Notes under the pieces: generated by a model
Databases searched by the model: none
The model's input: only the letters and a program-made list of their open reading frames with translations
Told to the model about the DNA's origin: nothing
Translations under genes and position numbers: made by a program
Assembly: GCA_000182565.2 (NCBI GenBank)
Contig: KQ257459.1
Source of the DNA: Spizellomyces punctatus DAOM BR117
Taxonomy: Eukaryota
Strand: one strand, 5' to 3'
Length of the DNA: 64,000 bases
In this document: positions 39,583 to 54,256 of the stretch, piece by piece
Numbering within the stretch: position 1 is the first letter of the stretch
Layout of the letters: each line of letters opens with the position of its first letter

Positions 39583-42500
39583 CTAATCTGGGCCACACAA
39601 CAAGCAAACTCCGCCCAAGATCCATTTCTGTGGTCTTTCCTTTGTCTTGAGGTTGAACGTCCAAATGAACGTTGGCCCTCTTTGCCTTGTCCTATACACA
39701 GGACATTCATATACTCCTTTCGTGTCCTTCTTGTCAATGGGGATTGCCTTGATGTATATAACCGGCATAGCAGGCGTAAGCTCTTTCAGCAAACTCTCCT
39801 GGATCAGTCCAGTGTTCGTGTCCCATCGAGCTCCTTCCATAAAGAGTCCATGGATATAGGCACCCTCCCGAGGTGCACCAGAGAACTCTTCTTTAGACTT
39901 TTTGGTCACGTCCACAGAGAGAATCATTCGGTCCAGCGGCCATTCGTTCTTCCGTGCGGTGGTTTGCATGATGGCGGTTAGGAAAGATTGTGGGTTGAAG
40001 AGACCAGAGAGCCATACTACGGATGGTAGCTGGAATTCTGACACCCAGCTCTCGAGTTCTTTGATACGCTGGAGAAGATCAGCGTACCATGCCGCCAAGC
40101 CTTGAAGGGACTGATATGCTAGCTTATCCCATGATACATGGACAGCATTCATGAACAGAGAGTTCATTAGGGCTTCCATATTTTCAGTGATTGTCAGATC
40201 ACCCTTGAGACCAAGTGGAGTTCACGAATGGACCGTCGAATTTCGGTGGTAAGCATGACATTCGATCGCACTCTTGAAGAGCTACCGAAATATATGGTGT
40301 GCGCTCTTCCACCTTCGCCATGAGCTCCGCTACGTTGAATGGATCTGGAAGTGAGCCAAGGATATCCTCGATGACTTGGCCTACTTTTTCTTCCTTGCTT
40401 GTCGCCGAACCACCAGATGTGTCACGAGGTTGCATTTCCAGGATCGTACGGAACAAGGTATCGGCACTTTTCGTCAACACACCAATTTCGGCGTTTGGAT
40501 GCAGACCGTACAGGTAAGGACTCTCGGATGGCAGGTTCTCATCAATGTAGCGATGGTAATCTTTATGATCCGACGTCGGTGGCATGAGGAATCCAGGTGC
40601 AAGCTCGAAACTGCCTTCAAACATATCAGGCTGAATATATACATCCAGATACGCAGAGCAAAGTCGTCGGTCCCAGTCATCTGAAATGTGCCCACCGTAC
40701 ATGATGTCTCCAAACATGTACCGAAGATCCGTCCATGGAACTTTTGCAAAAGTCTCGAGATAGTTATATAACACGTCGACTGAGATGGTCAGATCACCCG
40801 TGCTGAAGGGATAAGGTCGGTTCCATCCTTGTGTACCAAACTTTCGTCGTTCAAGGATAGCAGCGTGGAAGTAGCAAAGAGCAAAAAGAATGCCTCGGAA
40901 TTCTGCATCCTTAGAGCATCGTTCCAAAGACTCTTGTGTGAAATTGTCGAGAGCTCTGTGGATGTTAGCTTGCATTCCTGTTGGAGGCTCGTTGGTAATC
41001 TTGATGGAAGCTTGGAGAATGGCGGTCGGGATAATGTGATAGGCGGGGTCGCCGGCTGGCTCAGCAGACAGGAATACCCTGAAATCGGGATGAGATCCAG
41101 TTGACAGTGCCTCGAGCTTCTTCTCCAAAACGGGTAGCCACTTTGCTACCAAATGAATGTTTTCCAACATGACCCATCCACCCTGTTTGTAGGCCAAGTC
41201 CAACTTCTGTTCAGCAATCACTTCTTGTCCTTGACCGAGAGACACATAGTGGTAGTTTCCATTGTCTTCTGCAACTCCAAGTGTACGTCCAAGGGCTTCT
41301 ACTTCTTTGACGGGATCGACACCAGGTGAGAGGATGAAGAAGATGGGTGTGGCAGGGCCAGATTCTTCGAAAGACCGTGGAAGCGGCACCCGGGAAGTGT
41401 TAATGTACTTTGATCCCATCTTTTGAGAAATGAAATTCCGAACCGCATACGTCATTCGATCTGGTCGCAAACAACGAAGAATGCAGAGCTTTTGCAGTGG
41501 AGTTTTGTTCTTCCATTCTTGCGGCAGTTTTTCGTTTTCAGGTACCTCCAGCTCACAATACTTCTTCCATTGTTTCGATCCGCCCTCAATATCTGACGAC
41601 AAAGATTTGAATACCTCCATGTTGGACACAGCCTTGACCATTCCCCATGAGCTATCGCTCAGCCAGTCAAATGGGCTTTTCACGTTCACAGCACGAGGAC
41701 CGCGTAAAAGGAAATCCAACTCAGGAAGATCCATGTCGCCTTGACTGATGAGGATTTGGAAAGTCATCTGCGCCAGGAAAATAAGCTTATCCCTCTCGAA
41801 CAATCCTCTCGTGGTGTAAATAAACACCATATGGGTAATAGAGTCAATCAAAGAGTTGACACGTTCTTTAATGTCGTCGCTCTTATCAGCCCGGAAAATA
41901 GCATTTTGGAAAACCACCTTGTATGCGTTGAGCGAATACTGGTACATCGGATGAATTTGCCACAAATCGTTAAGTAAAAAGTAGAGTAGGGATGAACGGC
42001 CAGCCACAGGACGGTACAGCTCACGAGTTTCGTTAATCTTCTTTTCCGTCTTTTTGGCCTCTTCAACCTTCTGCTCAATATCTGTAGCAGTGCTCTTTGT
42101 AATCTCAAGGTTCTCAACCAAGGCAGTGTCCCCAAGGAAGTTACCCTGTGCCGCAGACAATCGAGATAGCAATGCATCTTCAAGCTCAGTTAATTTGATC
42201 TTGAACTCATTCTGTTGCTTGGTTAGCTCAGCTTTTGTTTTCTCCAAATCTGGTCGCTCGACGTTGACCACATCAGCTAGCAACTGGTCTTCAAGACCAG
42301 CTAATGTGACCGTGAAATTGATAAGAGTCGTCTGGGCTTGAATCTCCGGTGGGTAATGGGGATTTGGAAGACGGGTTTGAAGAATGAGCTTGAATTTAGG
42401 GTCATATTCAACTTCCTTGTCTCCCATCTTAATATACCGCCCCTTTTTGATAGTCTCACGACCCAGCAAGGGATTAAGCACTGGATCGATGCTCTCCTGA

Positions 42501-45500
42501 ATATCTTCTATGAGGACTGTGTCTCCAGATGAAACAGCCTTCTCAATAGCATCAAGGTATCCCCTCTGGCCTAAGCGAACGACTTTTAGTCCAGGACCCT
42601 CGCGAGTCTTGATCCAGGTAACACCTTGTAACTGAGGATCAATGATAAGTGGCCATCGTTTGCAACTAGTGACCATCGTCGCGTTTTCGACAGAGACTCG
42701 GTCATTCGGCAGTCCTTCGTTGTTCCACTTGGCAATTTCCGCACTCGACGTCAGAATATCCAAGGGGTCAAGTCCTTCAGAAAGTGAGATTCTGTACGGG
42801 TTGGATTCATCCTTGAGGAATTTGAACCAATAGTCTTGCAGTAGCTCCTCGCGATATCTTTTGCTAAAGCATCCCACATAGGACACAAACGCGGCAGACA
42901 TTAAAACATCACCGGCTAGCGTCTTCTCTTGCTCCTTGAACTTTGCAACAGCTTCATTCCAACGCACATTCTCAGATGCTAAACCACCAACCAATCGGTT
43001 GGCCAGAACGATCGTTTCTTGGGTCGCTCGGGCTTCCTCTTCACACTTCAATTTGTCGGCCGTGGCCTTCTCAAACTGCGCTGTCAATTCCGCCAAGTTC
43101 CGATCCAACTCGGCGATTTTGCTTTGAATTTCTGCCAGACGCGCTTGAGACTCTTTAAGGGTTTCATTTGCCGCCTCAAGCGCCTTACGCTTGGGTTCTA
43201 CATCTCGGTACACATGGTAATAGTTGACAATATTGACGACCCAAGAGCAGAGACCAGCTGCTGCAATAGACTTAGACTTCATAAAGTCTTCGTTGAAGTT
43301 GGGGTCAGAAAGGTAAGGAGCTAGTGCTTCCAGATTGGAGGAATCGATGTTTTCTTTGTCAAAGTTGATCAAATTGTCTAAGAAAGCGTCGACCTTTGCC
43401 ATCATGTTCTTTGAGGCTTTCCAACTCCGATCTTTTGCAATCTTCCCGGGAGGACTCAGCAGGACCATGACGGCTGCTGCTACGTTTACGACCTCCTGTG
43501 AAGGAGAACCAAAGGACTTCAATTCCGTCAAGTTCGCTTTGTTTAGAGTATCCAAGGCACCCGCAGCGGCAGCTAGCGCCGGTTCAGCGGCAGCTAAATC
43601 TTTCTCAGCATCTGCCTGTTTTTCTTGCACCTCCTTGGTAATAGCATCAACTTTCTTCTCTTCCTGTGCGGCAATGGCTTTTTCTTTATTCACTTTCTCT
43701 GTATCAATGCCAACCCTTTCAATCAAGCGTTCAGCTTCTTCGTTCTTGGCTTTCAATTCAACTTCTTGAGAGGCAAGTTTGGCTTTCAAGTCGTCCACTT
43801 GGGCCGCCGTACTCTGCAACTTGGTCAACCCATTCTCTAACCGCTCCATACTTTTAGTCAATGCCCGCGCCTTGTGCTCTAACATCTCCTTGTACAGAGA
43901 AATCAGCGCTAAGAAGGATTTTGGTGTCGTGTAGTTGTACCGCTTTTCATTAATCAAGTACTTTCTAGAAACAGTGTTTACGCTCTGGTGAGCGTATGCC
44001 ATAAACCTCGTCACAGAGTTTTTGAGATCATCCGGAACAAGGTCACTTGTCGCAATGAACCGAGTCGCGACAGACTGAAGAGCTTCCTCTGGCCACTCAT
44101 GGAACCAGTCAATCATCGTACAATTAACAATGGCAGGGAACTTCCGACACCGAGAGCGTAGGGTGTTGCCGACCGGCGAGAAACAAAGGACCACTTTCAA
44201 GTTCCTTCGGACCAGTCTAATGAACAAATCCCAGCACACCTCCCGGGTATCGACCAGTCCCTGAGCCTTTGCTTCATTCCTCATGGCGTTGATAATCGTT
44301 TCCACTTCATCATCTGGGAATAGTCCGGGGATGTTACCGCTTGCCAGCATATCGTTGATGAGGACCAAAAATTTCTCATCAGCGATTTGGGAATCTGTCA
44401 ACAAGAACATGATCTGTAGCTTCTTTATTCCAGTCTTGTTATACAGTCCTGCAAGATCAGTCTTCAAGTCCGTTACGGAGTACCCTTTCTTCAGGGTAAT
44501 CTGGAAGACCTCCATCTGGCTGATGAATGCAGCCAAGCGTGCAAGTGACTGTTTTCCACTACCTCCAACACCGACCAAAAGAGCATTTCCACGAGGAGAC
44601 TCTAGTATTCGGTTGATTCGGCATACATGACTCATCGCATCTTCGAAAAGCACCAAGTTTTGAGCAGCATTCACTTCATCATACTGCATTTGAGCTTCGT
44701 CCAACAGCTTCTTCAATGCACTCCATTCCTTGATTTGACCATATTTCGGGTCACCAATTCCACTGGCAAAGTGGGTAAAGATGACAGGCTCTGCATTAAT
44801 CGCATTTTGATCCATGTCATCAAACGTCTTCTTCACAACTTCTTGCTGGAATTTTTGGAGTTGAGACCTGTCCGTTTCGTCCATTTTATCACCGTATGTC
44901 CTCATTGTCTCGTGTAGGAAGAGGCGAATAAGGTCAATTGGCTCGCGGAGCGTGTCCTTGCTCGCGAAAAGCAAGCCTTGAAAAATGTTGCTCAGATCTC
45001 GGAGATTGAAAATGTAGTGGAATTTGACGGCGGTCGGAAGGAATGTGGCTGCCACCTTCTTGTGAAGTAGAAGAGCAGCCGCTACCAGTTTCTCGCTCAG
45101 CCTTTGAATATTATTGGGGAAACCTTTAAGATGGCCTGTTAAAATCTGCAAGTAAATGCTCTGCAATGAATCAACGCCAGGGAAGTTGACGGCAAACGTC
45201 GCAAAGTGCCTCTGCAGACGTCCGTTTATGGTGAAGCTACCGGCTGTCGGGTTCATGCAGGCAACATACTGACAATTGTGAATTTCCTTCAGTGTTAGCT
45301 TGCTACGATCGTACCAGTGTTTGTAGTCAAGATATTGGCGGAGCAGTGTATGTGGAGATGCAGTGCCGTACTTGTCAACCTCTGGCATGTTCAGGTCATC
45401 CAGGAAATAGATAAGCTTCTTGGTTCCAGGCGGTCCGTAGTTTCTACCAGCCTTCTTTTCAAGTGGTTTTTCGAGAATGGCTTGCAAGGACCAAGCTGTG

Positions 45501-48500
45501 GTATAAAAGTTGAAGGGTACGTTTACAATCAACCTGTCTTCGCCGTACGAGTACAACTTGTCTTGCATTAACACCGTCTTTCCGCATCCGGCGTTTCCGA
45601 CCAGAAGTACCGGTTTACCGTTATCGGCCAGGACATCTAGCATGTACCGTAGGCGGGTTGTTTCTGGGGTGTGCACCAAAACTGCACTAAGAGGCATTTC
45701 CGGGTCATACTGGTAGGTCGGGACGCGATCCGTCCACGGAACGAAGCGTTTTGTTTCGGTTTCCACATAGTAGTCAAAGACCGTCCCTTGCACTGGGAAC
45801 TTTACAGTTTTGAATTCCGAATTCCACCATTTGCTGAACTCCACACGATAATCCACCATCTGATCTTGGAAAACACAACCCCCAAACGCCCAAACTGCGG
45901 CAAAGACAAAGTATATCTCAAACCATTCCTTATCGCACCCTTTCGGAGTGTTCTGCGGTGTCAACAGCCCTTCCAGGAGATTGCAGAGTGTCACGACCAT
46001 GGAAAACTCCTCGACACTGGCCATCTTGAACCGTCCCGATCGACATGCATCCAAACAGATATTGACGTATCTATCGAAAAGCACGCTTAGATTAGACTTC
46101 TCGGCTGCATCTTCCCGCTTGTCCAACCAGGATTGCACAAAAGGATTCCATCCCAGATCAGTGGTATTAAGGTATAAGATACCGGCACGCGAAACGGTAG
46201 CGGGAGTAGCGTACTTCAAATCGCCAATCTCGAAGATTAACCTCATGTTTGGCTTAAGAGGAATACGTTCGTTAGATGCGAGGGTCAACATCTTATTGTC
46301 GTCCATGACCGTGTTCAGAGACTCAATCCAGTTCGGGTCAATGTCACCATCAAGGATCATCCATCGAGGGTCTGTACCAGGGGTCGAGGCCAGTTCACGC
46401 ATGATGCTGGAAAATAGACCATCCTTCCATTCACGAGTTGCAGGATTGATACACCCAAAAAGATCATCAGTACTGACGGCTTTGGGGTTGAGGTCAGAGT
46501 ACACGCATTTCTTCCCCATGTTGACGTAGGTCTTCGCAAGCATCTTCCAGATTTGCGATTTGCCCGTACCACCATTACCGATAATAAAGACACAGTGACG
46601 AACTGCTAGCAGCTCCTCCAGCTGCACAACTTTGAGCACAAATACTTCTTCTGCTTGCAGCCCGCTTTCAAGTGTCGCTTTTCGAATCTGGTCCTCGAGC
46701 TTCTCATCTCTTTTCCGTGCGACTTCTACCTTAGGGAACAAATCGCCAATGAGACCGTGGAATACCTGCAAATCATCGGAGACAATCTTTGGCAAGTTGA
46801 AATCACGTAGTGCACGCATAAGAACATGCTCCTCAGGAACATGAGGGTCGGCACGCTTCAAAGCACCGGCGACGACAAGGACGGACTTGATGGCACGCAA
46901 ACCCCAATCGTAGTGGTCTTGTTTTGACAGCAACTCTTTGTTAAGTTTGTAAAGAGTATTGAACTTCCGCGCCAAGGAGCTGGCTTCCACGAAACCTTCA
47001 GCCATAAGCATGATTTCCATAATGAGCTCCAGGTTGGGCACTACCATCGAGCAAGGACGGAATAGAGCTTTGATATTCTCGGGGAGCTCGGTACGACCAG
47101 CGTATCCAGGGTTCATAGTAATGAAGGCACCAACAGTGGGTGTCAATCCAATCTCCTCTCCCTGGAAGATGAACCTCTTTTTCTTTGCTTTTAAGGCGTC
47201 TTGAATGGATTTCACCTGAGTGGCAATGACAGACAGCACCTCAACAGAGATACGGTTGAACTCATCGAAGCAGCCCCATGCACCAGATTGCGCAAGACCC
47301 TTGAAGATGTTACCGACAGACTTGTAGTCCATCTGCTCGGAACAATTGAAGACGTAAACCATGATACCTAGAGCCTTTCCTAAATCTTTTGTGGTTTCGG
47401 TTTTTCCCGTACAGCAGGTCCAGCTGGCGCACCACCCATGATCAGGTGCAGAGATTGGGTGAGAGTAATGTAACAACGATCTGTGAGCGATGTGACAACG
47501 AGACGAGGCGTATTGCCAAGGTACTCGTAGTTGTAGCGGAACATGGCATCACAAATGTTGATCAAACAATCGTTCTGATCTTCATCCCATCGGAGACGTA
47601 GTTGTGACTGCCATGAGAACACTTGCGCACTGTCCGCCTTCTCGGAAATGAGCTTTGCAACGATATCACGAGCATGGACATCGAGCGTACACACTGTCAT
47701 AATCATCTGACGACTCAATTTGGTCAACTCCCCTTGAATGAGAGTGATCAAGGCAGTCAGTTGATTGACTTGCTTTTTGTAGTAGTCTTTGAGGGAATTT
47801 TCATAGCCTTCTTCCAATCGACTAAACGCCACATTGACTTCCGTCGTCCACCAGATCTGTGTGCCAGCCAAGGTGATCTGAGCAGGATAATCAAATATCC
47901 ACTGCTCACGAGGTTTCTCTTCGTATGCCGAGACAGCCTCTCCAAGAAGTTGTCGAAGCGTTCGTCTCATCATATCCACCAACCGGTTCAGCCACACTTC
48001 AACTGGACCAGTACATTCACAGGGCTCGACAAACTGCACATATTCGTCTTCCCTAGAGTACATTCCAATTGCCGTTTTGGTGATCTCCCCGTTAGGCCCT
48101 TTTTCAAATTCCAGCTGAGCAACACTATCAAATAGCTTTCCAAGGTGAACCGCCACCGCTTGTGGCATATTGCCCTTCGCCAAGATGTCCAACAAGTCCG
48201 ATGCCGACACAAAGTAGAAACGGGGAAAGGCGAGTCGCTTGGTTTCGAGATATTCCGCCAAAGATTTTTCGCACAGAGCCAACTGACCCTGCAGATTTTC
48301 AAGCTTCTCGAAGAGACCTTCTTTTGTACATGCTTCGACGCAATTCGGGGTCTTAGATGCTTCCTTCATGAGGTCCTTGTACGCGGAATCGATAGAGTCA
48401 AACCGCCGTGAGTCCTCGGGGAGCTGAGCACGANNNNNNNNNNNNNNNNNNNNNNNNNNNNNNNNNNNNNNNNNNNNNNNNNNNNNNNNNNNNNNNNNNN

Positions 48501-51500
48501 NNNNNNNNNNNNNNNNNNNNNNNNNNNNNNNNNNNNNNNNNNNNNNNNNNNNNNNNNNNNNNNNNNNNNNNNNNNNNNNNNNNNNNNNNNNNNNNNNNNN
48601 NNNNNNNNNNNNNNNNNNNNNNNNNNNNNNNNNNNNNNNNNNNNNNNNNNNNNNNNNNNNNNNNNNNNNNNNNNNNNNNNNNNNNNNNNNNNNNNNNNNN
48701 NTAGTCGCCCCGGTCCCACCATCACTTTAACATCGTCTTCGAATTTGTGCAATTGAAGGCTAAGCAAATCCTGGAATTTCATGTCCGCGGTCATAACAAA
48801 CGTAACACCCGTTGTCTTCATCAGCTGTTTCCAGTGACGGTCCCTGATAGCGCTGCTACGGAGCTCTCCGACCGCTCTCAACGAGGTTATCATGTCTTTG
48901 ACCATCTGATCAAGGCCGGAATAAACATCCCAGGCCTTGATCTCTTTATCCATTCTTCGAAGCTCTTTGGTAAGGTCACGACAGCGCGTTTCCATTGCAT
49001 CAGTGTCGATGGCGGTCCAAAGCGTGGTCCGCCACTCTTCAAACATGAGAGTCACGAGGGAAACAACGTCCCAAACAGACTTGAGCATCCCAATATCCCG
49101 ACGGCAGTCGCCCAGTTGACGGTAAGTGGGTACATTAAGCTCAAACAATTCGCAAGAGTTCTTTAGAGCTTTAGCTTCGTTCTCCATTGCCAACACGTCC
49201 ATGTGGACAATATCAATGAGTTCATACGCTCGTTCTTGTCCAACATCAAACTTGAATGGCGCCTTTTTGCGGAATTCCTCTCTGAAATTATGGTTGCGGA
49301 CTTCGAACTTGTTGCATTTTTGCTGCAATATGTCCACCTCCTTTGCCTGCAAGGGGGCGACGTGGTCCTTGATGGAGACGGAGAGCTTTTTGACTTCAGA
49401 CCATTCTTCGGGAAGGTCGTTCAACAGCTTGTGAGTCTCCTCCGGCATTTCTACGCCAAACTGCCGTAAGAAGTTGATGGTCTTACGAAGCGGCTCAAAC
49501 ATTCCATCAATGCTTAAAGTACGATGTTTAATCGCGTGCAAAAGTCCCATAGCAGACACAAGTGCGTCGTAGTCTCCTTCTTTAATTTCCCGCTGGAGCC
49601 CCTTTTTGTTGATCTTAACAAACTCGTTGAGCTCGTTCAAGCTCGAGATGGCATCGTCTTGAAGATGTTTGGTCAAAGTGTAACTCCACTTTTTAACCAC
49701 CACGTTCAGGGCTTGCTTAAGCGGTCGAGCATCAATGCGGAACCATCCTTGGAAAATCACTTCTGGTTCAATCCCCATGACCTGTTTATGCAGAGACTCA
49801 AACTTGCGAATTTCGTTTTCAAACTTTTCGAGCTTGCTGGGATGCTCTGGTTCGGCAGCTTTTTCCTCATTTTGGGATTCATCATCCCCTGTTTTTTCTG
49901 ATGTCTGGAGGAACTGTTTCATGTATTCTTGGCGATTCTCGGTCCATAGCCAGGTAAATTGATCATATCCATCCTTGTAGACAACACTCTGTTCCATGAT
50001 CTCTCTCACATGTTCCAGAATCAAAGTGCGCAAACGGATCAAGGTTTGATCACGACGCATTTCACCCAGGTATGTCTCGTTTTCCATGTTCATCTGAGCA
50101 AGCTGGCGTGCACGGAAATCATCTTGATCAGAATCTGAGGCGTAGTCTTCATCGCTGTGAACGTCGCTGTCAGAAACGCCATGCCCCGCTCCTTCAGATG
50201 CCTCGTTTGTACCGTTTCCAAGAGCTGCTCCATTAGCAGCGTCTGGAGTGGCTGGAACAGTAGGTAGGTGTCCTTCACCAGGTCCGGCAACAGGCTCTAC
50301 ATCCTTGGCAGGGGCAACGCGGCCCATCAGAGAGGCACAATCGTAAATGTCTTCTAGAAGGTCGTTGATAATATAGGCCAGACTGTCCTCCGCATCTGAA
50401 AATTTCACAAACTTTGTGAGCTCCAAAACAAATGGACTACTTCCAACTTGGTTCTCACCTTCGTCCATGTTCGGTGTAAACACCAAACTCTCACCCTGAA
50501 GCTCCAATTTCGCCTCCAAAAGTGGTCCTAATTCACCGAGTCTCTCCGATTCCATATTCTGAGTGATGTATTCCAGACTGGTTTTGAGCGTCTTCCAGAA
50601 GCCTTCCTTGACTTGCCCATCAATAAACTCCTGGTACCGAATCCATTCCTCAGACTCTTCATTGGCATGAACAACTTCTCTCGTTTGGGCAAGTAGTCCG
50701 TGGATGGATTGACCATCCCGCTTAATGGAATCGTAAACAGTCGATAACCGGGAGTCCTTCTCCTCCAAATTCAATAGCTTCTTTCCATCTTTGCGCTCAA
50801 CCAGCGGATTGGCGCTCCAACCTTTCATAATCTTTTGAATTTGGTTCAGATTGTTCTTCATCAACTGGAGAACAGAGGAAAGATCTCCAACAGAGGTGCC
50901 AATTTGTCCAATGTAAGATTCAATATCGCCAGACGTCCAATTGAGCGTCGTAAGGGCGTGCTCAATTTGCCCATCAATTTGCCGAATCCGCTCTTCAATA
51001 AGCGGTCTCTCCACCTCCAAGACCCCGGTGCGTATACCATTGTAAGATTTGGTAATGTGGTCAAGTTGGAAGATGTACTTTCGGAAAACATCCGATTTGG
51101 AGTAGACTGCTACGGCAGCTGGTGGGGGCTGCACGGTAAGTGCCTCAAAGTATCGAACTTCTCGGAGAAGGGCAACGACTTTGGGATCAAAATTAACCTT
51201 CAGCAGCCCGTCTTCGCGGACGAGCAGTGGTTTTTGAAGGTTGGTTTCTGACTCGTCGGTGATGGTATCGCTCCAGCGGGTGAAGATGCTACGCTCATAG
51301 TTTTCGAGGGTCTCATACAAGCTCTCGTACTTGGTTTTGACGAGGTTGGCATCTTCAGTGTTCATAGCACTGTGATTAAACTACAAAGAGACGACCGTTA
51401 GATATACGCTTAATCTTGAACAATCAAACCAGTACGTACGCTTTTCAGTTTCTCCATTGCTTTGGTGATACGGTCTTTCAACTCATGGACCCAGGCAACG

Positions 51501-53447
51501 GCACCCGTAACAGGGGCCATATTGTAGTGGATTGGAGGCTGGCTCTTATACTTGTTGAAAATTGCAGCCACATCGTCCAAATCATCCGAGTACATATTCA
51601 ACAAAGCAAAATACTTTTTCTCAAAGTCTTGCTGAATGACTGGACGACTAAGCAAACCGGCAAAAGATTCGAGCAGCCGGAAGCAGGAGTTCAGACCAGA
51701 GCAGTCATCAAAACTCTGGCTGAGGATGGTACCCAAGCGACGATCAAGGTCTGCAATCTTTGCATGAAAATGGCCCAAGTCGATTTCAAACTCGTTCAGG
51801 TTGAGATCCAGGACATCATACTTGAGTTTACTAAATGCCCCTAATGCCGATGTAAACTCTGTAAAAATCTGCGCAACCTGCGAACTTAGAATCTTTCCTT
51901 TCGTCCCTCCTATTTCGATTTTCTCCAGTCGGTTGAACTCGATGATTGTGTCAAATAGCTCCACAATCTGCTGAACGCGCCCCAAGAACTTGTCAAGTCT
52001 CGCAAATACAAGCTTGATATCAAAATTCCATGGCCGCTTTGTTTCTGCTGTCTGTGCCTTGTATTCGTAGTACGTCTGCTTAAACACATCGCAGACGCGA
52101 ATAACAACCTTGAGTCGTTCCGCAGCTTCTTCAGGCTCTGAGCTGAAAAGCTCGGAAGGTTGGATGAAGTTACGGGCTTGCTCTATGATGTCATTACAAA
52201 TTTCTTGGAGGACGACGGTGAGACGGGGAGGAGTGTTATAGTACTTGGAATGCCTCCAGATGAGCACGAGGGTATGCATCATGCCAGGGAATACTTGAGC
52301 AAGCTCTACAAAGTCGTTGACCGAATTCAGTCGTTCTACTGCAGGTCGCAAGGCACGGAGATAGGTAGTAATGTCATTTGCCTCATCCAGCGCTGTTAAT
52401 TATCATGTGAGATTGTGATAAAGATTATTCCACTAAAAGAGAGGCAACATACCAGCGACGACTTCATCAAAAATCATCTTAAAAGCCGGGTAGTAAGTGC
52501 TTTTGCTGACTTCTAGCAGCTTTGAGATCTTTTGGATTTTCTCATCAGTCAGTTGCTGATAAATAGATTTCAGATTGGCCGCTTTGGCTGCCCAAAAGTC
52601 AATCTCCACCATAGGGCCTGGATTCAACCCTTCTTCAAGAGGTGCAGCGGAGCTGCTTTTGATCACCTCCTTAATCTGATGTGTCCAGTCAATTACTGCA
52701 GATTCCAAGGTGTGCAGGACACTCCGATCAACATCCGTGGTCAGACGTGCTCCATGCGGAAGGGGAAGCATTGTTTTGCCCTATAACAGTGAAGTTCTAG
52801 CAAGCAACATATACGAAGAACCTGAACGCCCTATCTACCTTCGATTTGCCTGAGATGACATAGACAGCCCCATTGAGTTGATGGAAGTGGCGCAAGACAT
52901 CATTTGCAACGACTTCCGGCCAAGATTCCAAGTTCTTAGGGTTGGTTAAAAGTGGCAAGTAAACCTCTTCGAGTAACACCGAGAGAAACTCCAAAGGGTT
53001 GGCTGACAGATCCCCCATGGTGAGTTCCGTGTCCAATTTCTCCGTGATAGGTGCTCCCACGTTGTGTTTCAAAAAATACACAGACTTCTTTTTAAGAGAT
53101 CCTGGGAAAGCAATGGCTGGGAAGAGATCTTCCTTTTGTGTAAGATAGAAGAGAATAGTACTGTAGTCCTTGTCAAGGAAATCCACGATGGTTTGCCTAA
53201 ATATCGCACCATCAGCGAGTGCAAAGTCCTGTAAATTCATAAATGGTAGCACTTACACATTTTCCGGTGTCATGAGCATCTTCTTCCATTTGTCATTCTT
53301 GACTTTCAATGCTGTGCAAACCTTCTCTTCAAACCATGCAACACGCCCATCGATATGCACGACAGGTGCAGCAGCATCGTCAGCATCTGCATCCTTCCCT
53401 TTCTTTCCAGGGGTAGTAGGTTTTGTGGCCGTGTCTTCCGCCGGCAT
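39583..53447 (-). CDS. Axonemal dynein heavy chain, outer-arm beta type (DNAH9/11/17-like); contains a gap and frameshifts
   Basis: Tail [76 protein letters not shown]; stalk; terminal [20 protein letters not shown]. Confidence 0.95.
48434..48701. other. Assembly gap within the dynein gene
   Basis: Run of N. Confidence 1.
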
Positions 53448-54256
53448 GACGGACGTGGCGGAACGGCGTAAAGGTCAAACTAACGTGATAATCTCCGTAT
53501 TTGTCGTTGTCGGGAATGTAGGCTATAAAATTGGATGTCTACAACTGGATGGACCAGCATCCACCGTAACAAGTCGTGGGGGCAGATATCGTCCGGCGAT
53601 CTGCAACAGATGGAGGATGAAGAGTTGAATAGAGGACGGGGAGACACGTACTCCGGTATCCCAGCTTGGGATGTGGTAATCAACGCAGCAAGTCCGACGC
53701 GTTCAGATCATGCTTACTAGATGATGCCGCTAACTTTCGACTTTGGGGCTATAAGCGCACTTTACCACCCTTTCATGACTTGGAACTTGTTGGAGCTGGA
53801 GGTAAGAATTTCCACGTTTGTTTGTAAAAGCTGCTCTCCGATCCATGCTCAGCTGCCACAAAAGGGCCGTACTTTTGTCAGTGGTCGGAGCCATTTCCAG
53901 ACAAGGGACGAGTTATTTTTGCTGCACACGCTACTTCAAATTCCTTACGCACAGCTTTTGAATGAGTAGTTGCACTTGTTATTCTATGATTTGTATTGCC
54001 ATGTATAATTGCTTTATCTTAACGGACGCTTTAGAAAACTCCACAGCAAAGGTCCCTTCGTACATAAAATTGAGATTTTATACATATAGTGCATTCCGAA
54101 AATTAAACGTAAGGGGTGCTCGGCACTATTGTAAAGAATTGCCAAATAAAGGTCTAAACTCAAACCCGAATCTCATCTTCTCTGTCTACATCCTTTCCTG
54201 TTGATGGGGCACCAGCAGCAACTGTTGATGGAAATACATCAGATACAATATCAGCC

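Noticed and set aside
39489..52786. Many plus-strand ORFs of 60-190 aa overlapping dynein
   Set aside because: Antisense shadows of a long coding sequence with no independent motifs.
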